Below, piece after piece: positions 28,643 through 39,397 of a stretch of DNA of 64,000 nucleotides (positions within the stretch are counted from its first letter, which is position 1; every line of letters starts with the position of its first letter). Position numbers and translations under genes: made by a program. Where the stretch lies: NCBI GenBank assembly GCA_963727525.1, contig CAVSGO010000006.1, positions 160,001 to 224,000 on the forward strand. The letters run 5' to 3'. Source of the stretch: an uncultured bacterium (GTDB lineage: Bacteria; Krumholzibacteriota; Krumholzibacteriia; LZORAL124-64-63). Under the pieces are notes generated by a model, which saw only the letters and a list, made by a program, of their open reading frames with translations, was not told the origin of the DNA and ran no database searches.

Positions 28643-29639
28643 ACGCGCGGTGCCCCTCGCGGCGGGGCGCCCCCGTGGCGCCCCGCCGCCGATAAGTGCC
28701 CGGAGCGACGCCGAGGTAGCGCTTGAAGACCTTGCTGAAGCTCGCCTCGGCGCGATAGCCGACGCGGTCGGCGACCTGGGCGAGCGTGAGGTGTCCCTCG
28801 CGTAGGTGGTTCGCCGCCACCTGCATCCGCCACCGCGTGAGGTACTGCAAGGGCGACTCGCCCACGAGCCCGCGGAATCGCGATGCAAACGCCGAACGCG
28901 ACATGCCCACCCGAGCGGCGAGCGACTGCACCGTCCAGGCATCGTCGGCGTGCGCATGCATCAAGCCGAGCGCCTCGCCGATCAACGGGTCGCGCAGACC
29001 GGCCAGCCAGCTCGGGCCAGTGTACGCCAGTTCCTCGATGGTGGTCTGCAGCACCTGGATGAACAGGGCCTCGGTGAGCCGATCGAAGAGGGCGCCGCGT
29101 CCCGGACGCCCCGCGATGGTCTCCTGGGCGATGAGGTCGAGCGACGATTCCAGCCACGATCGCGCCCGGCCACCCTCGCCCCGGATCGATAGCACCGGCG
29201 GCAACACCGACAACAGGGGATGGGCGGAGCCGTGGTCGAAGCTGAAAAAACCGCAGATCAGGTCGGCCTGCGCCCCGTCGCCGCCGATGCGCAGCGGCGC
29301 ATGGACCGGGTCCCGCTCGCCCTCGGGCACATGGGCGAGCAGCTCCTGCAGAGGCACGGCCGGTGTGGCCGGTCCGTCGGCGACCACGTGGGCGTCGCCA
29401 TGGGGGAGTACCACGATGTCCCCGGCCGACAGGGCCATCGCGTCGAACCCGCCCGCCACCGACGGGCGCAACCAGCAACTCCCCGCGCGGATGACGTGGA
29501 ACTGTGCCGCGTCGCTGGCCGGCACCTCCAGGCCCCAGGGTGCGCGCAGCTCCGAGCGGAAGTACAGGCTGCCGCCCAGATGCACCGATTCGAGGATGCT
29601 GGTCAGGGCATCGTGGCTTGCCTGTGGACGATCGGACAT
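28548..29639 (-). CDS. AraC family regulator with cupin_6 domain
   Basis: DALTSILESVHL, FHVIRAGSCWL, WTVQSLAARVGMSRSAFASRF, VGYRAEASFSKVFKR; start MSDRPQ. Confidence 0.9.
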   Translation of the reverse strand: MSDRPQASHDALTSILESVHLGGSLYFRSELRAPWGLEVPASDAAQFHVIRAGSCWLRPSVAGGFDAMALSAGDIVVLPHGDAHVVADGPATPAVPLQELLAHVPEGERDPVHAPLRIGGDGAQADLICGFFSFDHGSAHPLLSVLPPVLSIRGEGGRARSWLESSLDLIAQETIAGRPGRGALFDRLTEALFIQVLQTTIEELAYTGPSWLAGLRDPLIGEALGLMHAHADDAWTVQSLAARVGMSRSAFASRFRGLVGESPLQYLTRWRMQVAANHLREGHLTLAQVADRVGYRAEASFSKVFKRYLGVAPGTYRRRGATGAPRREGHRAFSGLPTSSRTSHPEDPHPGRSMGRREPGAVR

Positions 29640-29735
29640 GAATTCTGCATGAATCGTCATAGCTGCTCCAGTTCCTGGTCCTACCATAACGGCATGATCG
29701 CTGACCAACCAGCCCACATCGGAAAAGAGGAAACC

Positions 29736-30641
29736 ATGAGCATAGTCGTCACCACCCCCACGGGGAACATCGGATCGGTTGTGACCAGCACGTTGCTGGA
29801 TCGAGGCGCCAAGCCCGTGCTGATCGCGCGCGATCCTTCCAAGCTCGAGGACGCCGCCCGCCGCGGCGCGACCGTGAAGCAGGGCAGCCACGCCGACGCC
29901 GGGTTCCTGGTGGAGGCCACGCAGGGTGCGGTCGCTCTGTTCGTCGTCACCCCGCCCGACATGCAGGTGCAGGACATCAACGGTCACTACCGGCGCTTCG
30001 CCGAGGCCGCGGCGCGGGCCGCGCACGAGAACGGGATCGGGCATGTGGTCCACCTGTCCAGCGTGGGCGCCGAGCTCGCGAGCGGCAATGGCCCGGTGGC
30101 CGGTCTGCACCTGGCCGAGACCATTCTCGACGGCGCGGGGATTCCGAACCTGACGCACCTGCGGCCGGTCTACTTCATGGAGAACACGCTTGGTCAGATT
30201 CCCGGCCTGATCCAGACGGGCAACCTGTTCACCACGTTCCCGGCCGGTATGCGATTCCCGATGATCGCCACCCGCGACATCGGTGTACGCGCCGCCTCCC
30301 TGCTGCACGACCGCGTCTGGTCCGGTCACCGGATCCAGGAGCTGCACGGCGCCGAGGAGACGGGCTACGAGGAGGTCGCCAGCATTCTGAGCGACGTGCT
30401 GGGACGCGACATCAATCATGTCACCGTGTCCGGCGAGCAGTTCGTGCAGGCGCTCACCGGCATGGGCATGAGCAAGGTCATGGCCGACGCGCTGGCCGAG
30501 CTGAGCGGGGCCCTCGCGTCCGGCAAGATCAAGCCCCAGGAGCCGCGCAATGCCGCGAACACCACGCCGACGACCTACCGCAGCTTTGCCGCCACCGTGT
30601 TCAAGCCGGCGTACGAGGCGGCGCAGGTGGCGGCGCGGTAG
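29736..30641 (+). CDS. NmrA-like NAD(P)-binding protein
   Basis: TTPTGNIG, VVHLSSVGA, LRPVYFMEN, MIATRDIG; divergent from AraC. Confidence 0.9.
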   Translation: MSIVVTTPTGNIGSVVTSTLLDRGAKPVLIARDPSKLEDAARRGATVKQGSHADAGFLVEATQGAVALFVVTPPDMQVQDINGHYRRFAEAAARAAHENGIGHVVHLSSVGAELASGNGPVAGLHLAETILDGAGIPNLTHLRPVYFMENTLGQIPGLIQTGNLFTTFPAGMRFPMIATRDIGVRAASLLHDRVWSGHRIQELHGAEETGYEEVASILSDVLGRDINHVTVSGEQFVQALTGMGMSKVMADALAELSGALASGKIKPQEPRNAANTTPTTYRSFAATVFKPAYEAAQVAAR

Positions 30642-30731
30642 CCGCGCGGTCTATCCTGATGACAATCGTCGTCTGTCTGGTATGGTCATCGCCGGGACGC
30701 GCGCCGGCGATGACCGGCCAGAAAGGACACC

Positions 30732-32114
30732 ATGCACATCACCTTCCACGGTGCCGCGGGGGGCGTCACCGGTTCGAAGCACCTGCTCGAGACCGGGGCG
30801 CACAGCCTGCTTGTCGACTGTGGTCTCTTCCAGGGCCCCAAGGACCTGCGCCAGCTCAACTGGAAACCGCCTCGCTTCGATGTGGCCGGCCTCGATGCGA
30901 TCCTCCTGACTCACGCGCACCTCGATCACACCGGCTGGTTGCCGCGCCTGCTGCAATATGGGTTGCGCGCCCCGGTGTACTGCACCGAGGCCACCGCCGA
31001 ACTGGCCGAGCTGATCTTGCTGGACAGCGCCCACCTGCAGGAGGAAGACGCGGCCTGGGCGAACAAGAAGAAGTACTCCAAGCACCAACCGGCCTTGCCG
31101 CTGTACACCACCACCGACGCCCTCGCCGCGCTCAAGCGGCTGCGTCCCGTGCGCTATGAGCAATGGCACGAGGTGGTGCCCGGCGTGCGGGTACGCTGGC
31201 ATCTGGCGGGGCACATCCTGGGTGCGTCGTTCCTGGAGCTGGCGATCAAGGAGAACGGGCGCGAGCGCACGGTCGTGTTCAGCGGTGATCTCGGGCGGTA
31301 CGACGAACCCTTGCACCACGATCCGGCGCCGCGGCCCGATTGCGACGTGCTCGTGATCGAGTCGACGTACGGTGATCGGTTGCACGACCACGAACCGGTG
31401 GAAGACCAGATCGGTCCCGCATTCAAGGAGACGATCCGCCGGCGCGGCGTGGTGCTGATCCCGGCCTTCGCGGTGGGCCGTGTGCAACTCGTCACGCTGA
31501 TCCTGCGCGAGCTGATGAAGGACGGCGACCTGCCCGAGGTGCCGATCCATATCGATTCGCCCATGGCGATCGACGCCACGGCGGCGTACTCACGCCATCT
31601 GCTCGACCACACCCTCGACGAGGACCTCACCGAGGAGGGGCGTAAACTCCTCTTCCCGCACGACGTGCTCGTGAGCCGCACGGTGCACGACTCGAAGCGG
31701 ATCAACGCGCTCGATGGCCCCATGGTCATCGTATCGAGCAGCGGCATGATGACGGGTGGGCGCATCCTGCACCACCTGACGCGGCGCGTGGGCAAGTACG
31801 AGAACCTGATCCTGCTGTCGGGTTACCAGGCAGTGGGCACGCGTGGCCGGGCGCTGCAGGACGGGGCAAAGACACTGAGGATCCATGGCGACGAGTGGCC
31901 CATCGTCTGCAAGGTGCTGACCATCCACGGCCTTTCCGCCCATGGCGACTGGCAGGAGATGATGCGCTGGGCCGGCTCGGCCTCGACCCATCCCCGGACG
32001 ACCTTCGTGGTGCACGGCGAGCCGTCGCAGGCCGAGAAGTTCGCGGTGCGCATGCGGGCACAGACCGGCGGCGACGTGCACGTGCCCACGCTCGGACAGA
32101 GCTTCGAGGTCTGA
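30732..32114 (+). CDS. MBL-fold beta-CASP ribonuclease (RNA-metabolising)
   Basis: LTHAHLDHTG, AGHILG, FSGDLG, ESTYG, SSGMMTGGR, SAHGD, VHGE. Confidence 0.93.
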   Translation: MHITFHGAAGGVTGSKHLLETGAHSLLVDCGLFQGPKDLRQLNWKPPRFDVAGLDAILLTHAHLDHTGWLPRLLQYGLRAPVYCTEATAELAELILLDSAHLQEEDAAWANKKKYSKHQPALPLYTTTDALAALKRLRPVRYEQWHEVVPGVRVRWHLAGHILGASFLELAIKENGRERTVVFSGDLGRYDEPLHHDPAPRPDCDVLVIESTYGDRLHDHEPVEDQIGPAFKETIRRRGVVLIPAFAVGRVQLVTLILRELMKDGDLPEVPIHIDSPMAIDATAAYSRHLLDHTLDEDLTEEGRKLLFPHDVLVSRTVHDSKRINALDGPMVIVSSSGMMTGGRILHHLTRRVGKYENLILLSGYQAVGTRGRALQDGAKTLRIHGDEWPIVCKVLTIHGLSAHGDWQEMMRWAGSASTHPRTTFVVHGEPSQAEKFAVRMRAQTGGDVHVPTLGQSFEV

Positions 32115-32130
32115 ACCGCAAGGCGGCGCC

Positions 32131-33915
32131 ATGCGATCGACCGCCACGCGCATCGTCCGGTTCCTGCGGCACTGGCGGCTGCGGCCACGGGTGCTGAGCC
32201 TGCTGGCCATCCGCATCTGGTTGCTCGAGAAGTTCCGGATCTCCGATACGCAGCGGGTGCTGTTCTGGGCCGGCGTGGTGGGCGTGCTCGGCGGCCTGGC
32301 CACGATCGCTCTGCGCGACGCCATGGAACTGCTGCACCACCTGCTCACCCGGCAACCGGGCGGGCTGGTGGAGTCGTTCGCGCGCATGCCCCAGTGGCGG
32401 CGCCTGGTCGTGCCCATCGTCGGTGGCGCGCTCGCGGGAGGCGCGATCCACTTCGGCCGCTGGCTGGGCGAGAGCCGCAACACCACCGACTACATGGAGG
32501 CTGTGGCTCTCGGCAAAGGGTCGCTCTCGTTCCGCCGCAGTGTGGTGAAGATCGTCTCCGCCGCATTCTCCGTGGCCTCGGGCGCGTCGATCGGCCGTGA
32601 GGGCCCGCTGGTGCAGCTCTCGGCACTGGTGGCGTCGCTGGTGGGCAAGTTCCGCAACTGGTCGGCACCACGGCGCCGCGTGATCGTGGCGTGCGGTGCC
32701 GCGGCCGGCATCGCGTCGGCCTACAATGCGCCCATCGCGGGGGCGCTCTTCGTGTCGGAGATCATGCTGCGCTCGATCTCCATGGAGACCCTCGGCCCCC
32801 TCGTGTTCTCGTCGGTGATCGCGACGCAGGTGGTACGCCACTACCGCGGCGAAGGCCCGCTCTACGCCATCCCGGCGTTCAGCCTGGCCACCGGCTGGGA
32901 ACTGGTGCTCTACCTCGCCCTCGGCGTGGTGTGCGGCCTGCTGGCACCTTTCTACCTGCGTTTTCTGCGTGCGAGCGAGTCGCTCTTCGGCCGCGTCCGT
33001 GCACCCGCGTTCGTGCGCCTGGCGCTGGGCGGTATCGTGGTGGGCGTGATCGCCACGCATTACCCGGAGGTGTGCGGTAACGGCTACAGCGTGGTGGTGT
33101 CGATTCTCAACGACGCGTGGGTGTGGCAAACGCTGCTCGTGGTCCTGGTGCTCAAGGTGGTGGCCACCGGCGCCACGTTCGGTTCCGGTGCCGTGGGCGG
33201 CGTGTTCACGCCCACGCTGTTCACTGGCGCGGGCATCGGTTACCTCTTCGCGGCGACGTGCGGGGCGTTCTGGCCCGGGCCGCCGCTGGGGCCGGGCGCG
33301 TACGCGCTCGCCGGCATGGGTATGTTCATCGCGGCCACCACGCGGGCGCCGCTGATGGCGATCATCATCATCTTCGAGATGACGCTCGATTACCACGTGA
33401 TCGTGCCGCTGATGATGGGCTGCGTGGTCGCGTATTACACGGCCAGCGCGATAGAGAGCGAGTCGCTCTACAGCCACGCCCTGGCGCGCAAGGCGGGCGT
33501 CGACGTGCAGTACGAGCTGGCCACGCTTCTGGTGTGCGACCTCATGAAGACCGACCGCATCTTCGTGCGCCTCGGTTCGCGCTTCGCCGAGATCGCGCGC
33601 CTGTTCATCACTAACAACATCAAGTACATGTACGTGCTCGACGACGAAGACACCTTCCGCGGCGTGGTGCGCCTGCAGGACACGAAGGCCTACCTCAGCA
33701 CGCCTGGCCTGGCCGACGTCGTCATCGCTCTCGACCTGATGCAGGAAGCATTCCCGCGCCTGGCGCCCGACAGCACTCTGAGCGAGGCCCTCGCCACCTT
33801 CGCCGCCCACGACGGCGAGAGGTTGCCCGTGCTCGATGCGGATTCGCAGCGCCTGCTCGGCAGCATCTCGAAGGCCGACGTGCTCTTCGCCCTGGCGCAC
33901 AGGGCATCGGCGTAG
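32131..33915 (+). CDS. ClcB-like CLC chloride channel with CBS pair
   Basis: SIGREGP, YNAPIAG, GGVFTP, ESLY; C-terminal CBS domains. Confidence 0.9.
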   Translation: MRSTATRIVRFLRHWRLRPRVLSLLAIRIWLLEKFRISDTQRVLFWAGVVGVLGGLATIALRDAMELLHHLLTRQPGGLVESFARMPQWRRLVVPIVGGALAGGAIHFGRWLGESRNTTDYMEAVALGKGSLSFRRSVVKIVSAAFSVASGASIGREGPLVQLSALVASLVGKFRNWSAPRRRVIVACGAAAGIASAYNAPIAGALFVSEIMLRSISMETLGPLVFSSVIATQVVRHYRGEGPLYAIPAFSLATGWELVLYLALGVVCGLLAPFYLRFLRASESLFGRVRAPAFVRLALGGIVVGVIATHYPEVCGNGYSVVVSILNDAWVWQTLLVVLVLKVVATGATFGSGAVGGVFTPTLFTGAGIGYLFAATCGAFWPGPPLGPGAYALAGMGMFIAATTRAPLMAIIIIFEMTLDYHVIVPLMMGCVVAYYTASAIESESLYSHALARKAGVDVQYELATLLVCDLMKTDRIFVRLGSRFAEIARLFITNNIKYMYVLDDEDTFRGVVRLQDTKAYLSTPGLADVVIALDLMQEAFPRLAPDSTLSEALATFAAHDGERLPVLDADSQRLLGSISKADVLFALAHRASA

Positions 33916-33996
33916 TCGATCCTGGCCCGCATGGCGTGATCGCGCTATGCTCCGCGGGTTCATCCCCGACGTTGTCCTGCCCCCGGGAGGCCTCGC

Positions 33997-36561
33997 ATGT
34001 CTTCGCGCTTTGTCGCCATTTGCCTCGCTGTCACCCTTGGTTTACCCATTGTTTCCCTGGCGGCCGACGACGCGGTTGTCGCGCTCGACGCGCTCGTCAT
34101 CGGGCCGTTCCCGGCGGCGCCGGCTCTGGTGGCCACGCCCCACGTGCCGGGCGATCAGGAACTCGTGCCCGAGATCGATCCCACGGGGTGGATGCCGGAG
34201 GAAGGCGACAAGGTGCCGGCGGCGCCGGGCCACGAGCTGACGTGGCGCAAGGTGGGCGCAGCTGATGGTGGCTTCGCGCTTCCCGATTCGGGCGTGTACT
34301 GGTTAGCGGCACGGCTGCAGAGCGATCGCTGGTCGGAGGTGACGCTGAAGGCCGACGGTGGTTGCGCCATCTACGCCGACGGTACCAAGGTCGCGGCCAA
34401 CGTGCCGGGAGAACCGGGCGATGACGTGGAGGGCGACGTCGGTGCCGGCACCGGGGCGCGCTTCGTGTTCGTGCGGGCGTCGGCTGGCAAGGATGGCGGC
34501 CACGTGACCCTGAGTGCCACCGGCGACGCGACGCTGAGCTGGACGCTCGACGCGCAGCTCGGCCTCAGCGGGATCGACCGGGCGCGCCGGATTGCGATGA
34601 TCGGCAACCTGGCCGTGTCGCCCAAGGGAGCGCTCGTGGCCAGGCGGCTGTCGCGTCGGAAGCCGACCGGCGAGGGCTGGCAGCGCGACGTGTCGGTCTT
34701 CGCCAGCGACGGCGGCCTGGTGGCCAGCGATCTCGGCGGAGCGGGTGCGCGGCCCGAGGCCTTCTCGCCCGACGGGCGCCAGCTCCTGTTGCGCCGCAGC
34801 GACGGCGGCAACACCGATCTCGTGCTCTGGACGGCGCCGCTCGGACCGGTGCGCACCGTCGTCGAGGACGAACCCGGCCTGGGTATCGTGCGTTTCTCAC
34901 CGGACGGGCACTGGCTGCTTATCGCGTCGACGCGCGGTTTCGACGCGAAGTCCGTCGCCGAGGATCAGGCGCATCGCTGGGACACGCTGGGTCAACGTCT
35001 CACTGACTGGGACCCGCTCACGCATCTGCACCTCGTGAACGTGGCCACAGGCGCGCGCCGGGTGCTCACCCAGCCCGGCGACTGGACGCTCGACGGCGCG
35101 GCGTGGCTGCCCGACGGCAAGGCGATCATCTACGGGCGCACGCAGCCGCAACCGGAGCGGCCGTGGTTCACGTCGGAGATTCACCGCATCGACCTCGCCA
35201 CCGGCGACGACACCGTCGTCGCCACCTTCACCGGTGGCTGGGAGGTGCGGCCGCAGGCGTTCGCGCCGCATCCCGACGGCCGGCGCGTGGCCTTCCTCGG
35301 TCCGCCCGAGGCGGTGGGCGATGGGCACACCGAGCACAACGTCTACGACAAGCAGGTGTGGATGCTCGACCTTGCGACCGGCAAGACCGAGCGCGCCACG
35401 TACGGGTTGCGTGATACCTTCGCCGGTGGCGGCGGTCTGCCCGCGTGGGAGCCGCGGGGCCGCTGGCTCGTGGTCCCGGCCACGGCCGGTTCACGGGACG
35501 TGCTCGTCCAGCTCGAACCCGACGGCGCGCATTGGAAAGCAACAGAGGTGGCAACCGAGGGCGTGACCGGCGAGGGATGGGCCCTCAGCCCCGACGCCGT
35601 GGCCGTGGCGTACACCGCGAGCGGCCTCGCGCAACCGCCGTCCCTCTGCCTGCAGACGCTCGGCGGCCGTGCGCGGGTGATCGAGGCGCCCAATGCCGCC
35701 CTGACGCAACGCTGGCGCCTGGCCGCGACGTCCGACGCGTCGTTCACCGGGCCAGGCGGCGAGACCATCGAGGCCTGGTGGTACCGCCCGAGCACGGCAG
35801 CGGCCGGCGTCTTCGACCAGCCGGCGCAGGGGAACGCCGGCAGCGTGCCGCTCATCGTCTATTACTACGGCGGTGCTTCACCCACCATCCGCGGTTTCAA
35901 TCCCACGCACCAGTTCTGGGCGGCCAACGGCTACGCGGTGCTCGTGATCAACCCGCGCGGCGCGTTCGGCTACGGAGACGCATTCGCCGACGCGCACGCC
36001 GGCGATTGGGGTACCGAGGCCGGCGCCGACATCGTGGCCGGTACCGAGGCTCTGCTCGCGCGCTTCCCGCAACTCGACCGCAAGGCCGTGGGCTGCTACG
36101 GCGGCAGCTACGGCGGCTTCATGACGATGTACCTGGTGAGCCACAGCGACCTCTTCGCTGCAGCCGTCGCCATGTACGGCATCGCCGACCTCGTCACCTA
36201 CTGGGGGCAGGGCGCCTGGGGCATCACCTACGGTGACATGGCGCTCGGCGGCCGCACGCCGTGGGGCGATGCCTCGTACTTCACGCAGCACTCGCCGGTG
36301 TACGCGGCCGACCGCATCCACACGCCGCTGCTGATGCTGCACGGCGCGAGCGATACGAACGTGACTCCGGGCAACTCCGAGGAGATGTTCGCCGCTCTGA
36401 AGGTGCTCGGCCGCGACGTGGACATGGTGACGTTCCCCGGCGAGAACCATGGCATCGCCGGTACGTGGGCCGACTATACGGGCCATCGCACGATGATGCT
36501 CGAGTTCTTCGACCGCTGGCTGAAGCAGCAGCCGCAGGCGTGGGAACATCGCTGGAAGTGA
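33997..36561 (+). CDS. S9 (prolyl oligopeptidase/acylaminoacyl peptidase) family secreted peptidase
   Basis: Signal peptide; beta-propeller repeats; GGSYGG, HGASDTNV, GENHG. Confidence 0.92.
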   Translation: MSSRFVAICLAVTLGLPIVSLAADDAVVALDALVIGPFPAAPALVATPHVPGDQELVPEIDPTGWMPEEGDKVPAAPGHELTWRKVGAADGGFALPDSGVYWLAARLQSDRWSEVTLKADGGCAIYADGTKVAANVPGEPGDDVEGDVGAGTGARFVFVRASAGKDGGHVTLSATGDATLSWTLDAQLGLSGIDRARRIAMIGNLAVSPKGALVARRLSRRKPTGEGWQRDVSVFASDGGLVASDLGGAGARPEAFSPDGRQLLLRRSDGGNTDLVLWTAPLGPVRTVVEDEPGLGIVRFSPDGHWLLIASTRGFDAKSVAEDQAHRWDTLGQRLTDWDPLTHLHLVNVATGARRVLTQPGDWTLDGAAWLPDGKAIIYGRTQPQPERPWFTSEIHRIDLATGDDTVVATFTGGWEVRPQAFAPHPDGRRVAFLGPPEAVGDGHTEHNVYDKQVWMLDLATGKTERATYGLRDTFAGGGGLPAWEPRGRWLVVPATAGSRDVLVQLEPDGAHWKATEVATEGVTGEGWALSPDAVAVAYTASGLAQPPSLCLQTLGGRARVIEAPNAALTQRWRLAATSDASFTGPGGETIEAWWYRPSTAAAGVFDQPAQGNAGSVPLIVYYYGGASPTIRGFNPTHQFWAANGYAVLVINPRGAFGYGDAFADAHAGDWGTEAGADIVAGTEALLARFPQLDRKAVGCYGGSYGGFMTMYLVSHSDLFAAAVAMYGIADLVTYWGQGAWGITYGDMALGGRTPWGDASYFTQHSPVYAADRIHTPLLMLHGASDTNVTPGNSEEMFAALKVLGRDVDMVTFPGENHGIAGTWADYTGHRTMMLEFFDRWLKQQPQAWEHRWK

Positions 36562-36827
36562 TCGTCGTTCTCGGATTCACGGACCGGGGATCGCGACCTC
36601 GTTCCCGGTGGATCGACGGCCATTTGGGCGGGAATCCCGAGGTATTGCCGAAGTTGCGGGGTGTCGATATACTCGTGATCCTGCTGGTGGCCTGAGCAGG
36701 CAGGGGGATTGGGGCCGAATCCTAGCGACGAGAAGACGCGAACTGTGGCAAGAGTACCGAAACTGGACCACAGCCATCACGAGGCCCTCGTGCGCCGTCG
36801 CCCTGGACGACCGCACCGGCATCTCGC

Positions 36828-38468
36828 ATGACCGCGCGCCAGATCTCACCGGTACGCCAAGAGGGCTTCGTCCGCGAGACATTCCGGCACGCCGCCATCT
36901 ACAGCGGCGCCAACGTCCTCGGCCGCATGATCAGCTTCTTCATGCTGCCGTTCTACGCCTACATCCTGCGCGACATCGGCTACGGTGTCATCGGCATGAT
37001 CGACGCGGGCCTGACTTTCCTGTCCAGCCTGTTCGCCTACAACTTCCGCGGCGCGATCATCCGCATCTATCACGAGGAGCCCGACCCGGCGCGCAAGCCG
37101 ATGGCCGTCACCACGGGCATGATCCTCGAGCTGGCGATCACGGTGCCGGTCATGGGCACGGCGGCGCTGCTGAGCCATCCGATCGCCCACCTGCTGCTCG
37201 GCGATTCGTCCTACTGGAACCTGGTCTGCCTCGCCTTTGCATCGTTCGTGCTGGACATCTTGTCCGGGACCGCTCAGGTCGTCTTCGTCATCCGGCGCAA
37301 GTCGATCACGTTCTCCGCGATCAGCCTCGTGCGGCTGGTGGTCGGCCTGAGTCTGAACATCCTGTTCGTGGTCGTCCTGCGCTGGGACTTGCTGGGGTAC
37401 TTCGTGGCGGGTCTGGCGACGACCGTGATCGGTGCCGTGGTCACGGTCACCGTGGCCCTGCGTGAGTGTGGCGTCGGGCTCGCCTTCGACCGCAAGCTCG
37501 CTCGCGATCTGATCAAGTTCCAGCTACCGCTCGTGCCCAGCAGCCTGGCGACGTTCGCGTCGCGGCAGGTCGAGCGGATCCTCGTGCGCTTCCAGATCGA
37601 CATCGCGACCCTCGGTGTCCTGGAGATGGGCTACAAGTTCCCCGTGCTGTTGAATATGCTGGTCATCAGACCGTTCATGAACAGCTGGCAGACCAAGCGC
37701 ACCGAGATCGCCGAGGAGCCTGGCGCGCCCGAGCGCATCGGCCGCATGTTCGCCTACTTCCTTTTCCTGGCCGCGCTCGGGGGGCTCGTGATCGCAGTCG
37801 ATATCCGGCTCGTGTTGCAACTCCTGACGCCGCCCGAGTTCTGGGGGGCGTTCCGCATCGCCCGCGTCGAGGTTCTCACCACGATCATGATGGGGTGCTA
37901 CGGCTACCTCCAGTTCGGCCTCTATTACGCGAAGAAGACTTCCATCATCGCGCGCACCCGCATCGTCACGGGACTCGCGAAGGTCGGCCTCTCGTACGTC
38001 ATGATCAGCGTCTGGGGCATCTACGGCGCTGCTTACTCGGCGCTCGTCATGAACACCGTGCTCACAGTGTGGATCCATTTCCTGTCCAAGCGGTACTACG
38101 TGCAGATCATCGAGTGGCGTAAGATCTTCCTGATCGCAGCCACGGCGGTCATCGTCTTCCTGCTAATCAACCACCTAAAGAATGATACAATAGCCGGCTG
38201 GGCCCAGCCGCTGGCGCCGCTGGCGAACTCCTGGGTGCAATGGCTGCAGCACACCTGGGTCGGCACCTGGAAGGACGGCAAGGTCATCAGCCTGATCAAT
38301 GAACGCGGCGACATCGTGCTGGCCATCGCGGTCAAGACGGTGCTCTGCGCCGTCTTCCTGCTGCTGCTGCCCTTCGTCCACGTGGAGACCCAGCAGCGGA
38401 TCAGCCGGCGCATCGGGACGTTCGGGGCGCTCGGGGCGTTAAGGGCGTTCAGGGCGCGCGGCCGCTGA
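36828..38468 (+). CDS. Oligosaccharide flippase (Wzx/MOP family)
   Basis: FRHAAIYSGANVLGRMISFFMLPFY..L; 12-14 TM segments; WGIYGAA. Confidence 0.85.
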   Translation: MTARQISPVRQEGFVRETFRHAAIYSGANVLGRMISFFMLPFYAYILRDIGYGVIGMIDAGLTFLSSLFAYNFRGAIIRIYHEEPDPARKPMAVTTGMILELAITVPVMGTAALLSHPIAHLLLGDSSYWNLVCLAFASFVLDILSGTAQVVFVIRRKSITFSAISLVRLVVGLSLNILFVVVLRWDLLGYFVAGLATTVIGAVVTVTVALRECGVGLAFDRKLARDLIKFQLPLVPSSLATFASRQVERILVRFQIDIATLGVLEMGYKFPVLLNMLVIRPFMNSWQTKRTEIAEEPGAPERIGRMFAYFLFLAALGGLVIAVDIRLVLQLLTPPEFWGAFRIARVEVLTTIMMGCYGYLQFGLYYAKKTSIIARTRIVTGLAKVGLSYVMISVWGIYGAAYSALVMNTVLTVWIHFLSKRYYVQIIEWRKIFLIAATAVIVFLLINHLKNDTIAGWAQPLAPLANSWVQWLQHTWVGTWKDGKVISLINERGDIVLAIAVKTVLCAVFLLLLPFVHVETQQRISRRIGTFGALGALRAFRARGR

Positions 38469-38500
38469 TCAACGATGACTCGAGCCGATCCGCCAGTGGC

Positions 38501-39397
38501 CTATCTGGATCCGAACGCCTCTCCAGCGATCGGGGTGCCTCTGCGTTCGCGTGCGGCGATGACGCACCCCCAGTCCTCGTCCCACTGCTGCTGAATCGGA
38601 CCGATGTCGAGCCACGGCTCGCGACCGGGTCGATTGGGAAGCCAGGCGAGCCGCTGCTGGCAAAGCCCGCGGGGATCGAGGTGCAGGTGCTGGAACAGCC
38701 GGTTATTGAGCGTTGGCACGAACCGTAGGCGACGCAGCCCACCATCGAGTTGATTGAGCTGGCGCAGGATGCGCGCCTGCTGGCGACCCACGCCGACGTT
38801 GACGGGTGTGGAGATCAGATCGTCGTCGGCGCCCGGCGGCACACGGAGGAACGTCCGGAGGTCGCGAATGAAGCGCGGCAGGTTATCCCTGATCTCCTCC
38901 TGGGTGTAGACGAAGACTCGATCCCCGAACAGTCGGCCGAGCAGCTCCAGCCGCGCCGAGAAGGACAGATCGGCCGGCTGCAAGAGACTGCCCGACCGCT
39001 CCGGGTCGAAGACGGCACGGATATCCTCGGTCCCGCCCTCGTGCAGGTACTGCCTGTAGATCGAGGAAATCAGGTCCGCATGGGCGCGAAACCCGATGAT
39101 GATCCCCGCCTCGGGGAACATGTGTGCCAGTCCCGCCATGTTGACGCGGAATTGACCGAACCAGTCGCGCTCGTACGGGATGCCCGAAATGCCCTCGTCG
39201 CTCACGAGAAGTGTCCCCTGCGATTCGGCCGCGGGCAACACGGTCCGCACTCGCGCTGGTGGAGGCACGAACGCGACCTCGGTAAGCCCGGGAAACACGC
39301 GCCGCTGGAGAAAGGTCGTGGCGGTCTTGTGGAGGCCGACGTGAAATATGGTCTGCAATCCTGGCACCGTGTTACCCCCGCGCGAACCCGAGGTCAT
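38501..39397 (-). CDS. Sulfotransferase-fold protein
   Basis: 5'PSB-like HVGLHKTATTFLQ; LLVSDEG; 3'PB-like FR...SIYRQY. Confidence 0.75.
   Translation of the reverse strand: MTSGSRGGNTVPGLQTIFHVGLHKTATTFLQRRVFPGLTEVAFVPPPARVRTVLPAAESQGTLLVSDEGISGIPYERDWFGQFRVNMAGLAHMFPEAGIIIGFRAHADLISSIYRQYLHEGGTEDIRAVFDPERSGSLLQPADLSFSARLELLGRLFGDRVFVYTQEEIRDNLPRFIRDLRTFLRVPPGADDDLISTPVNVGVGRQQARILRQLNQLDGGLRRLRFVPTLNNRLFQHLHLDPRGLCQQRLAWLPNRPGREPWLDIGPIQQQWDEDWGCVIAARERRGTPIAGEAFGSR

Noticed and set aside
36554-36640. GGAAGTGATCGTCGTTCTCGG resembles the 5' end of E. coli tRNA-Sec
   Set aside because: No UCA anticodon loop in context, no T-arm or acceptor-stem pairing, and it overlaps the S9 peptidase stop codon
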